From Chloroflexi bacterium UBA6622 (GTDB lineage Bacteria; Chloroflexota; UBA11872), in assembly GCA_002433065.1 (NCBI GenBank), contig DJHK01000041.1:109922-173921 (forward strand): a stretch of DNA of 64,000 nt. Direction: 5' to 3'. This document shows, piece after piece, positions 56,211 to 64,000 of the stretch. The position numbers and the translations under genes were made by a program. Positions within the stretch are counted from its first letter, which is position 1. Each line of letters starts with the position of its first letter. The notes beneath the pieces are model-generated. The model was not told the DNA's origin. It ran no database searches and saw only the letters and a program-made list of their open reading frames with translations.

Positions 56211-57074
56211 GTGATTGATGTTGTTGTTGTCACTCATGGACAGGTGGCCTTAACACGTCGTGCGGTTCGGAGTGTGAAGTCCTGTGAGGCAGGGATTGCT
56301 TCAATCACAGTGGTTAATACGGCTTCTAACAAAAACTTTGAGCTTCTTAATGATTCTGGGCTCTCTGTGACGGTTATTGATCAGCCGGGTAATCCGGGTT
56401 ACGGCGGGGCTGCAAACGTCGGGGTAGGTCGGGGCGTAGCGCCGTTTATTTTGGTTGCCAACGCTGACATTTGGGCGCACAAATCCTCTTTGAACAACTT
56501 GTTAGGGGTGCTGTGTGCGGATCCTGCGAATGGATGTGTCGGTCCCTTGTTTCTCAATCCAGATGGGACGGTTCAGGATTCAGCGTTCGCGTTCCCTGGT
56601 GTAGGGCAAGCAGTTTTTGATTTGCTCCCCTTACCTGACCGCTTGCGTGGCTCTCGGCTTAATGGACGTCTATGGTCAAGTGAGAGGTCCCGGGTAGTAG
56701 ATTATGTTCTTGGGGCTTTTATGTTGATGAGGCGACAGGCCTTCGAATCGGTGGGTGGTTTTTCCGTTGAGTATTGGATGTATGCTGAAGAAGTTGATAT
56801 TTGCCGTCGCCTTCAGTTGGCGGGTTGGAAAGTGCTACATGTTCCCGCTTCGTTTGTCACGCATGTTCGGGCGGCGAGCACACGATCTTCCGAGGCTAAG
56901 TTTATTCCTCAGCTATATCGGAGCAGGGCACGGTGGTATAGAAAGCATCGGGCGGCTCCGGTGGCCAAATTTTTGGTGGCCCTCATGTGGGTCGCCCTCA
57001 CAGTTCGTGCGAATCTTCCAGGCTCCAATAGAGAGGCATACAAGGCGGCCCGGGCCGCTTTAGCTTTCGACTGA
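56211..57074 (+). CDS. glycosyltransferase family 2 (WbbL/rhamnosyltransferase-like)
   Basis: Track start is 56193. GTG 56211 gives the typical VIDVVVVTHGQ N-terminus. Motifs: GYGGAANVG, ANADI, and GAFMLMRRQAFESVGGFSVEYWMYAEEVDICRRL. Confidence 0.8.
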   Translation: MIDVVVVTHGQVALTRRAVRSVKSCEAGIASITVVNTASNKNFELLNDSGLSVTVIDQPGNPGYGGAANVGVGRGVAPFILVANADIWAHKSSLNNLLGVLCADPANGCVGPLFLNPDGTVQDSAFAFPGVGQAVFDLLPLPDRLRGSRLNGRLWSSERSRVVDYVLGAFMLMRRQAFESVGGFSVEYWMYAEEVDICRRLQLAGWKVLHVPASFVTHVRAASTRSSEAKFIPQLYRSRARWYRKHRAAPVAKFLVALMWVALTVRANLPGSNREAYKAARAALAFD

Positions 57075-57847
57075 TGCCTATCAGCACCGTAAGTGCAGTC
57101 GTCCTTGTTCGGAATGAGGCCCAAGATCTTGATGATTGTTTGCGGTCTCTTAGTTGGGCTGATGAACGACTTGTGATTGATTCCTTTAGCGTAGATGGGT
57201 CAGCCCGGATTGATGACCCAGACGTTCGCGTTGTCGAACGTCGATTCACGAATTTTTCTGATCAACGTGAGGCTGCGCTTCGATTAGCCGCACATGATTG
57301 GGTGTTTTTTGTTGACGCGGATGAAAGAGTATCGGTTCAACTGAGCGATGAGATTGTCCGGAGAGTAGGCGCAGAAGAATTCTTTGGTTATTGGGTGCCC
57401 AGACGAAATCGAATACTTGGACATTGGATGAGGGCTACTGGTTGGTCGCCAGACTTTCAGCTCCGTCTAATGGACCGTCGGCATGCGGGTTACGATCGCG
57501 ATCGGCCGGTTCACGAGCTCGCTAAAATCGACGGTCGTGTGGGATACCTCGAATGTGAATTGCTTCATCTGAGCTATGAGGATGTGCGGGGATTTCGCCG
57601 GCAACAACGGCTATATGCTGAGCTTGTCGCTGACGGCATGATTCGGTCGGGCGTGAGGCGTCGATTTACGGCGATGTTCTTTCAACCGGTACGTGAGTTC
57701 TGGAGGAGAATGTTCACGCTGCGAGGGTATCGAGATGGTCAGGTCGGTTTCTTGTTGGCGATTTTGATGGCGGAACATGAATGGCACGTTCAGCGGATTT
57801 TTCGCCGTAGACGTTTTCGGGAATGCCTTCCTTCAAGCGATGAGTAA
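57074..57847 (+). CDS. glycosyltransferase family 2
   Basis: 257 aa. TGATG overlap with the previous gene. VSAVVLVRNEAQDLDDCLRSL, and FFVDADERV (DxD-type). Confidence 0.8.
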   Translation: MPISTVSAVVLVRNEAQDLDDCLRSLSWADERLVIDSFSVDGSARIDDPDVRVVERRFTNFSDQREAALRLAAHDWVFFVDADERVSVQLSDEIVRRVGAEEFFGYWVPRRNRILGHWMRATGWSPDFQLRLMDRRHAGYDRDRPVHELAKIDGRVGYLECELLHLSYEDVRGFRRQQRLYAELVADGMIRSGVRRRFTAMFFQPVREFWRRMFTLRGYRDGQVGFLLAILMAEHEWHVQRIFRRRRFRECLPSSDE

Positions 57848-57854
57848 CGGGCGA

Positions 57855-58787
57855 ATGAATTCGGTTTCAGTCGTTATTGTGACTTGGAATTCCGCAAGCC
57901 ACATTAGGGCGTGTGTAACGTCTGTTCGCGACGCTTCAGATGAAGTGCTTGGCCCATTGGATGTTGTAGTAGTAGACAACAAGTCTGGTGACGGCACGCT
58001 TCAGCTAGTTGGGCGGGTTTTTCCAGAAGTTCGTTGTGTTCAAACGCATCGCAATATGGGTTTTGGTGCTGCTGCAAATATTGGCATTTCGCAGGCGAGC
58101 GGCGATGCAGTGCTTGTCTTAAATCCTGACGCCGTCCTTGAGAGGGGTGCATTAGGTGCGATGCTTTCTCATTTGCGAGATAACGCAGAGCTTGGGTGTG
58201 TAGCTCCGATGCAGCGGGGGCCAGCAGGGTCGACCATATTTCCAGGGCGAAGGTTTCCAAGCCTTTTGGCCGCGATTGCGGACGGGACGATCATCCAACG
58301 ATTCCTTCCAGATCTGGCAGCTCTACGTCGTTATTACATGGTTGGGGAACATTTGGCTGAGCCAGAGTGGCTGGTCGGTGCATGTCTGTGCTTCCGGCGA
58401 AAGGCCTTGCTTTCGACCGGAGGCTTTGATGTTGGATATGAAATGTATTCCGAGGAGATGGATTTGCTAAAGGAACTAGCGCTAACAGGCTGGCCTTGTG
58501 CGGTTACGACTGACGCCTATATTTTTCACCACGGCTCGGCTAGTGCGGATCAGGATCCGGTCGCTAGAGAACAGAGGTTTTTTCGCAGCCGATATCGGTA
58601 TGTATCAAAGACTTGGGGTGTGCCAGTGGCCGTGTTTCTACGAGTGTTTGTTGCGACAACAGGCGTTTTGAGATGTGGAGAGCAACTGTTGCGCATGTGC
58701 CGGCCATCGCATCGGAAATCTGCGGTCAGTGAAATTCGACAGATTGTCGCTGTGACCACATGGCAGTGGTTCGGATGGCGACGATAA
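57855..58787 (+). CDS. glycosyltransferase family 2 (WbbL-like, paralogue of 56211-57074)
   Basis: ATG 57855 (MNSVSVVIVTWNS); the track start is 57777. Motifs: VVVDNKSGDGT, GFGAAANIG, LNPDAV, and GACLCFRRKALLSTGGFDVGYEMYSEEMDLLKEL. Confidence 0.8.
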   Translation: MNSVSVVIVTWNSASHIRACVTSVRDASDEVLGPLDVVVVDNKSGDGTLQLVGRVFPEVRCVQTHRNMGFGAAANIGISQASGDAVLVLNPDAVLERGALGAMLSHLRDNAELGCVAPMQRGPAGSTIFPGRRFPSLLAAIADGTIIQRFLPDLAALRRYYMVGEHLAEPEWLVGACLCFRRKALLSTGGFDVGYEMYSEEMDLLKELALTGWPCAVTTDAYIFHHGSASADQDPVAREQRFFRSRYRYVSKTWGVPVAVFLRVFVATTGVLRCGEQLLRMCRPSHRKSAVSEIRQIVAVTTWQWFGWRR

Positions 58788-58794
58788 TTCGGTC

Positions 58795-59940
58795 ATGAAT
58801 AAGGTGGCCCAACAGGTTTTGATGATGACAGGGGAATATCCACCTCGTATTGGAGGCGTTGGGGACCATGCCCACAAGTTGCGGACAGCTCTTGTTTCTC
58901 TTGGTCTTGTCTGCGAGATCGTAACTGAGTCGCGGAGCAACGATAGTGAGAGGGAGTCTGTGAGGTCACTCGACACCAGATTTCCTTTGCAAGCTGTAAC
59001 TGGTGCGCTGCGCATCTTGCGTAAGGCGCGGCCAGACGTCTTGCATTTACAGTTTCAAGCTGGTGCATTTGCACGGCCTGGCGAGTTGCTTGTAATTGCT
59101 TTTCTTGCGCGTGTTTTCAAGTTGGTTGGTCGTGTTGTCGTGACGCTACACGATTTAAATGAACCGTACCTGTTTCCAAAAGCTGGTCGTTTTCGATCTT
59201 GGTTCTTCCGTCAGCTTGAACGAATGGCAGACTCGGTCATATACGTTGATGAGTTAGATCGCCGGTGGGCGGATGCGAATAGAGATGCGGCGGTTGATAG
59301 GTTTTGGATTCCAGCGGGCCCAACCATTGAACCAGGGAGACAGGTCTTAGATCGTGACGCTTCACGGACTTGTTTAAATCTCTCGAAAAATGATTTCCTT
59401 ATTGGATATTTTGGTTTTCGGCAAGCCAGCAAGGGGATTCGTGTTCTCGCGGAAACTATGCGTCGACCAGAGTTCAAGGATCCTCACGTCGCCCTGGCTC
59501 TTATTGGTGCCGCCGGTCCTAACCTTACGGGATCGAGGTCAGAAGTAGTGGTGGAGGACAGTATTTTTACGGGCTTAAATATATTTCAGACAGGTGCGCA
59601 GGATCCGGCCGTGATATCGATGTGGCTTAGCGCTTGTGATGTCGTTGCGTTGCCGTTTCTGGAAGGACTGTCATCGCGTCGTGGGTCGTTTATGAACGCG
59701 GTGGCGCATGGCCTTCCAGTGGTAACCACGGAGCCTAAAGTAGAGGGGATGGTAGACGTGGCTAGTCACGAAGTTGTGTTTGTCCCTCGTGGAGATGTTG
59801 AGGCACTGGCTAAAGAACTTGTGTCACTTCGCAACGATGGATCGAAACGAGATCGTCTGGCGAAAGGTGCGCTAGCGGTAGCCGATCGGCATAGCTGGAG
59901 CGAGATTGCGCGACGTACCCGGGAGGTTTATGGCCTTTAA
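58795..59940 (+). CDS. glycosyltransferase family 4 (GT-B)
   Basis: 381 aa. LMMTGEYPPRIGGVGDHA, and a C-terminal GT-B half with LPFLEGLSSRRGSFMNAVAHGLPVVTT. Confidence 0.8.
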   Translation: MNKVAQQVLMMTGEYPPRIGGVGDHAHKLRTALVSLGLVCEIVTESRSNDSERESVRSLDTRFPLQAVTGALRILRKARPDVLHLQFQAGAFARPGELLVIAFLARVFKLVGRVVVTLHDLNEPYLFPKAGRFRSWFFRQLERMADSVIYVDELDRRWADANRDAAVDRFWIPAGPTIEPGRQVLDRDASRTCLNLSKNDFLIGYFGFRQASKGIRVLAETMRRPEFKDPHVALALIGAAGPNLTGSRSEVVVEDSIFTGLNIFQTGAQDPAVISMWLSACDVVALPFLEGLSSRRGSFMNAVAHGLPVVTTEPKVEGMVDVASHEVVFVPRGDVEALAKELVSLRNDGSKRDRLAKGALAVADRHSWSEIARRTREVYGL

Positions 59941-61984
59941 CGAGGTTCTTGGCCGAATGGGTGAATCTGAGGTTGCCTATCGACTACGGATGGGGTTTTC
60001 TCCTAGAGCGGTGCTTTTCTTGTTGGTAGTCGGTGGCGCAATTCTCCGTGGATTTAGACTAAATACGCTGGGGGATTTCGATTTTGATGAGGTCGCGGCC
60101 GTTTGGTATGCCCGATCAAGTCCCAGTGACATTGTTGCGGCTATCTCAGCAGCACCATTTGAACACCCACCTGGCTATTACATTGGTCTGCACTATTGGA
60201 CAACGTGGTTTGGGGAACAGGAACCAATAGTTAGGTGGCTATCGGTGCTGCTTGGTTTATTGCTCGTCCCGGCCACTTATCGGTTAGCGCGCTTATTCGT
60301 TTCGGTTTGGCCAGCTGTTCTGGCAGCTGGGCTTGTGACGGCGTCGCCGCTGTTGGTGTTCTTTAGTCGCGAGGCTCGAATGTACGTTCCAGCGACGCTC
60401 TTTGCTGTTCTGTCGCTGTGGGTTTTTGAGCGAGCTATGCGGTATGGGCGGGGCCGTGATTGGTGTTGGCTAGGCCTGTTGGTAGTGATCGGGGGGTATA
60501 TAGATTATTCCGTGCTCTTGGCTGTGGTCGCCATGAACATCGTTTTGCCGTGGCGATTTGCTACCCAACGTCGTTCGGTGATCACCTTTGTTTTTATTGA
60601 ACTGGTGGGAATTGCTCTAGTCCTGCCCTGGCTGATTCTCTCACGTGGTGTGCATGAGAGTCTCCCAGCCTTCGGAACCGGTGGATTTGGATTAGCAGTT
60701 ATTCGAGAGGTCGCATCTGTTGCCTGGATTGATGTTTTTCTTGGCGATATAGCAGTTCGAGGAGGTGGTCGTGCTGGTGTAATCGTGAGTGGACTGATGC
60801 TAGGGCTAGCAATTTTGGGGATTGGTATTGGCGTGGTGCGCCGTCGTGGCTGGCTATTGCTTGCGCATATTGGCGTTACAGGTGCGTATCTGGGCTTGCT
60901 TCTCGCATTCGATAAGCCCTACCAGGCTCGATACCTGCTTCCAGCCGTTCCTGCGTTAGCCGTCTTCGTGGCCCTTGCGTTTACAGTGTTACCTCGAAGG
61001 GGCTTGCTGGCTGTTGCCACTGTGGGGTTGCTTGCGATCGTGATGGCTGGGCCAACCTATGCTACCCGTAGTTATTATCGAGAATATCAGCGAGGTGACT
61101 ATCGATCGATAACATCCACGATCGAGAATTTGGCTAGGCCTCGACGTCCAGGTAGGGATGAAGGCAAGTTCCGTGATGCTGTGGTTCTAGCGGGGCCATG
61201 GCAGGGGTGGTATTGGCGGCACTACTTCCCCGACTTTTTGGACAAAGTAGATGTGTGGTTTCTTCCGGAAGAAGTTCCGCCGGCCGTTACTGCGGAAGAG
61301 GTAAATGCCAAGCTTTCTCGGGCTGCTAACAATCACCGAAGGCTCTGGGTGGTGCTCGCCGGTCTTGAGCAGGCCGATCCTGATGGACATGTAGCGGCAT
61401 GGCTTTCATCGCAATGGCAGGCTCGATCTGAGGTTTATCGGAATGGCGTATTGCAGCTTTACATGACTAACGTGCTTGATCTGGTGGATCGGAGCGGGCA
61501 TGTGGATCTGGGAGAAGATTTCTCGACTGAGCTGATCCAATTCACTGGTGCACGTGCAGATCAAGGGGCACGTGAAGCGGGTGATGGCGTCCGATTTACG
61601 CTCTTCATGAAGTCAGTACGGCCGGTAGATTACGATCTTAGGCTCAGGGTTTGGTTGCGTTCTTCTGACGGAACCATCTATTCCAAGGACTTGTTTGCGC
61701 AAGATTTGGTTATGCGTCGGACTTCAGAATGGAAGTCGGGTGAGACATATCAGGTTCGCACCGCATTATGGGTTCCAGCAGAGGCGAATCCTGGTCGATA
61801 TGAAGCTTTTATTGCCTTTTTGACTCCTGATGGTCGAGCATTGCCTGCGAATGGCAAGCTCTCAGGGATTGCTCATCCGGGGGTAAGTTATCTCTGGTTG
61901 GGTCCTGTTGATATAGATAAGCCGAGCATTCCACTAAAAAGCGAATTCGAATTACGCACGATTCATGGAGGCCCTATTCGCTGA
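59906..61984 (+). CDS. GT-C fold membrane glycosyltransferase (ArnT/PMT_2, GT39/GT83-like) with soluble C-terminal domain
   Basis: 692 aa (TTG 59906 or ATG 59930). About 11 TM helices. Early loop DFDFDEVAAVWYA (DxD/ExD-like). ~230-aa C-terminal non-membrane domain. Confidence 0.7.
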   Translation: MRDVPGRFMAFNEVLGRMGESEVAYRLRMGFSPRAVLFLLVVGGAILRGFRLNTLGDFDFDEVAAVWYARSSPSDIVAAISAAPFEHPPGYYIGLHYWTTWFGEQEPIVRWLSVLLGLLLVPATYRLARLFVSVWPAVLAAGLVTASPLLVFFSREARMYVPATLFAVLSLWVFERAMRYGRGRDWCWLGLLVVIGGYIDYSVLLAVVAMNIVLPWRFATQRRSVITFVFIELVGIALVLPWLILSRGVHESLPAFGTGGFGLAVIREVASVAWIDVFLGDIAVRGGGRAGVIVSGLMLGLAILGIGIGVVRRRGWLLLAHIGVTGAYLGLLLAFDKPYQARYLLPAVPALAVFVALAFTVLPRRGLLAVATVGLLAIVMAGPTYATRSYYREYQRGDYRSITSTIENLARPRRPGRDEGKFRDAVVLAGPWQGWYWRHYFPDFLDKVDVWFLPEEVPPAVTAEEVNAKLSRAANNHRRLWVVLAGLEQADPDGHVAAWLSSQWQARSEVYRNGVLQLYMTNVLDLVDRSGHVDLGEDFSTELIQFTGARADQGAREAGDGVRFTLFMKSVRPVDYDLRLRVWLRSSDGTIYSKDLFAQDLVMRRTSEWKSGETYQVRTALWVPAEANPGRYEAFIAFLTPDGRALPANGKLSGIAHPGVSYLWLGPVDIDKPSIPLKSEFELRTIHGGPIR

Positions 61985-62013
61985 CGGCTTGGGTTTATAT
62001 CAAGGAGATGCTA

Positions 62014-62142
62014 ATGGGAAATAATCACGTTTGTAGGACTATTCCACGGTTAACACTGGCGCGGGATTACTCGGTTTCGTCCACGCAAGAAACTCAACAC
62101 CCTTTGTATTCCTTGCGGACGCATTCAGGGGCCACAACCTGA
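62014..62142 (+). CDS. candidate 42-aa small ORF
   Basis: AAGGAG lies 6 nt upstream of the ATG. MGNNHVCRTIPRLTLARDYSVSSTQETQHPLYSLRTHSGATT. No recognisable family. Lies in the low-GC spacer. Confidence 0.25.
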   Translation: MGNNHVCRTIPRLTLARDYSVSSTQETQHPLYSLRTHSGATT

Positions 62143-62157
62143 GTTTTAGAGGGTAAG

Positions 62158-62415
62158 TTAATTAATTTGTTCGAGTGAGTAGACGACGTCAACGCAGTTA
62201 TTTGCAGCATCCCACTCGGTCATCTTTGGTCCCGTCATTATGGCTTGGAAGGCTTCCATATCTGTCACGTTCAACATTGTGCAGATTTTGTGATCGTTTA
62301 TTACAGCGATTTCCCAATCTGAAACACAAGGCCGCATTTCTTCTTCAAAATCCTCGGCCATTGCTCTGAAGTCATCAATAGTGCAACTGAAAGTTGATAC
62401 AACACACAGGTTCAT
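62158..62415 (-). CDS. small acidic Cys-containing hypothetical protein (85 aa)
   Basis: GAGGGGG lies ~7 nt upstream of the ATG. MNLCVVSTFSCTIDDFRAMAEDFEEEMRPC... has 5 Cys. The alternating pattern suggests a small alpha+beta fold. GC is visibly lower than in the neighbours. Confidence 0.55.
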   Translation of the reverse strand: MNLCVVSTFSCTIDDFRAMAEDFEEEMRPCVSDWEIAVINDHKICTMLNVTDMEAFQAIMTGPKMTEWDAANNCVDVVYSLEQIN

Positions 62416-62521
62416 TTGATTACCCCCTCAAATTCTACTTATCCGTTGCGCTAGATAATTGGTGTTCATCTGAATTTTCCAGAGATTATTGTATCCATTG
62501 TTTTTGGAAGAACATCTGGGT

Positions 62522-64000
62522 TTAGGGCAATCCTTGCGCCTTACGCAGGGGAGATCTAATTCCGCCGGACGCAAGCAACATTGTCGTGTAAACGGCAAGC
62601 CCGACCGTGGCAGCCGGTATCCATGGCATGTCGCGGAGAAGCCATGCGGCTAGGGCGAAGGTGCCGGCTGCAAGGGTCGGTCGGGTGGCAGGCTCAACGA
62701 GTTGTGATAGAAGTCGGTCGCGCCGTAGTAACCAGGCCAGGATCGCAAGCAGCACAATTTCACTCGCAATAGTTGTGCCGGCAGCTGCTTGAAAACCGAA
62801 TGCGGGGATCAAGGTCAGATTGGTAATGACGTTGAAAATCGTTGTAACCAGGAATGCGGGGGTTAGCCACCATTGGCGGTTCTTGGCAATCATTACGTAC
62901 TGCAGTGTTCCGTTTAAAAAGCTAAGTGGTAGGAACCAAGCCAAGATGGCCAGTGCCTGAGCGGTAATTGGTAGGAACTGGTTACTAAGTAACGTGGTCA
63001 CAATCGATTCTGAGTAGGTGAAAAGAAAAATGACTGCCGGTGCAGCCAGTGATGCGAGTACCCGCCATGTTCGGACGGTCCATCGGGAGAGGGCTTGCGG
63101 ATCGTCTGCCGCGCGAGCCATCAAGGGGAATGCAGCAAGCACAATGGCTGCAGGGAGTGCATTGAGTGCGTTAATAAATTTGAAAGCCGCGTTGTAATGT
63201 CCAACAGTTTCTGTCCCCTGGATTGCTTGAAGGATCAAGACATCGATCTGAATGAAGGCGGTGGCAAGTAGTCCATTTAGCATTAACGGGAGGCCGGCGT
63301 TAAGGAGTGGTCTAACGGGGGCCTTCTCATTTGGTCGCTCGGTTACTAAATGGATGCCGATGGGCCGAGCTAGCGCAAGAAATGAAACAGTTCCAGACAC
63401 CATAGCGGCGATCGATAGGCCCATCACTCCGAAGCCGGCCCCCAGCAGGATGAGGCTGAGACCAACTGTGAGCACTGACGTGCCAGCGGCCACGATGGCG
63501 CGCCGATCCATCCGTTCCCAAGCCCCATAAACTGAAGCGTATGCTTGGGCTACGGCCGTCGGCAGAAGACCGATGGCCAAGAGAATTGTGGCCGCCACGG
63601 TGACAATAGAAACTGATCCTGCCAATAAATAAATGATCGCGACCCCGGCCATGATCGGGGCGCTTACCGCAACAAGACGAAGTCGAATTGCTAGTGCTGT
63701 TCTAAATAATGGTTTAAGGGGGGTGCTTGATTTGGCGAGGTCACGAGTCAACACGGTCCCCAGACCAAAGTCAGAAAGTGCAGCGAAATATGTCAGCAGG
63801 TTTGCTGCGAAGGCGTATTCTCCGTTTTGTTGAGGTCCCAGGATTCGTAGAGCAACGATCCAAAACGCCCAAAACGCGATCCGGTCTATCCCTGTTGTAA
63901 GCAAGGGCGTTAGTGCGTTTCTGGTGAAGCGCTTGCGTGTAGCTGTGTCGGATCGAGATTCTGGAGGCCGAACGTGGCGTCCGCTAATCCAGAGTAAATA
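62522..64000 (-). CDS. Wzx/MOP-superfamily polysaccharide flippase; N-terminus beyond window end
   Basis: The track ORF starts at TTG 63904. The same frame stays open with no stop up to position 64000 (…RKRFTRNALTPLLTTGIDRIAFWAF…). At least 12 TM helices. The Wzx-type N-terminal pattern is RN..T.......I..F....ALRILGP..NGEY. Confidence 0.75.
   Translation of the reverse strand, partial: YLLWISGRHVRPPESRSDTATRKRFTRNALTPLLTTGIDRIAFWAFWIVALRILGPQQNGEYAFAANLLTYFAALSDFGLGTVLTRDLAKSSTPLKPLFRTALAIRLRLVAVSAPIMAGVAIIYLLAGSVSIVTVAATILLAIGLLPTAVAQAYASVYGAWERMDRRAIVAAGTSVLTVGLSLILLGAGFGVMGLSIAAMVSGTVSFLALARPIGIHLVTERPNEKAPVRPLLNAGLPLMLNGLLATAFIQIDVLILQAIQGTETVGHYNAAFKFINALNALPAAIVLAAFPLMARAADDPQALSRWTVRTWRVLASLAAPAVIFLFTYSESIVTTLLSNQFLPITAQALAILAWFLPLSFLNGTLQYVMIAKNRQWWLTPAFLVTTIFNVITNLTLIPAFGFQAAAGTTIASEIVLLAILAWLLRRDRLLSQLVEPATRPTLAAGTFALAAWLLRDMPWIPAATVGLAVYTTMLLASGGIRSPLRKAQGLP

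Noticed and set aside
1-64000. CRISPR arrays, IS elements or transposases, prophage genes, toxin-antitoxin pairs, restriction-modification or other recognisable defence genes, rRNA operons
   Set aside because: I found no regularly spaced repeats, no terminal inverted repeats, and no nuclease, recombinase or reverse-transcriptase-like ORFs in any frame. The only methyltransferase (46987-47844) has no partner nuclease and looks like a small-molecule or protein class I enzyme.

Overview
This is a gene-dense prokaryotic chromosomal segment: about 60 CDS, 3 tRNAs, and no rRNA, CRISPR array, transposase, integrase or phage genes that I could recognise. GC content is intermediate.

Gene content and synteny look like a monoderm lineage. 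The Firmicute-like strings are pepP-efp-accB-like, alaS-X-ruvX-mltG and cdaA-cdaR. There are also many peptidoglycan and envelope genes (LysM, DUF3048, SpoIID/LGFP, VanW, YfhO), an ANTAR response regulator and a membrane-fused spermidine synthase. A Chloroflexota- or Actinomycetota-like marine or soil organism is my inference only.

Main blocks:
- 1-17.6 kb (minus strand): hydantoinase, guaB, tRNA-His, a GH2 hydrolase, several metabolic enzymes, ggt and dnaN.
- 17.8-22.6 kb (plus strand): ANTAR regulator, YfhO-type GT-C and a GT4.
- 22.6-27.6 kb (minus strand): SpoIID, argF, cdaA and cdaR.
- 27.7-37.1 kb (plus strand): nifS-like gene, alaS, an unknown membrane protein, ruvX, mltG, pepP, efp and a BCCP-like gene, mostly with overlapping stop/start codons.
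- 37.1-42.6 kb (minus strand): nth, an enolase-superfamily dehydratase, a VOC protein, a transaldolase-like protein, then secD and secF.
- 42.8-52.5 kb: VanW, tRNA-Pro, a small catabolic patch, tRNA-Gly, an amidohydrolase, a Rieske protein and an ABC-2 exporter.
- 52.8-56.1 kb: rpmG-secE-nusG-rplKAJL.
- 56.2-64.0 kb: a glycan-assembly cluster (3 GT2, a GT4, a GT-C and a Wzx-like flippase).

Two real genes are missing from the supplied ORF track. One is the open-ended hydantoinase gene (1-1977, minus strand). The other is rpmG (54 aa).

I did not find a clear-cut novel defence or mobile system. The observations most worth follow-up are:
- a lysine-less, non-biotinylatable BCCP paralogue next to efp
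- an EF-P with Arg at the modified loop tip
- an overlooked 98-aa ORF translationally coupled to a PhyH-type dioxygenase
- an ORF-free 387-nt gap ending in an intrinsic terminator just upstream of rpmG
- an ANTAR regulator apparently co-transcribed with a YfhO glycosyltransferase
- a low-GC islet inside the glycan cluster
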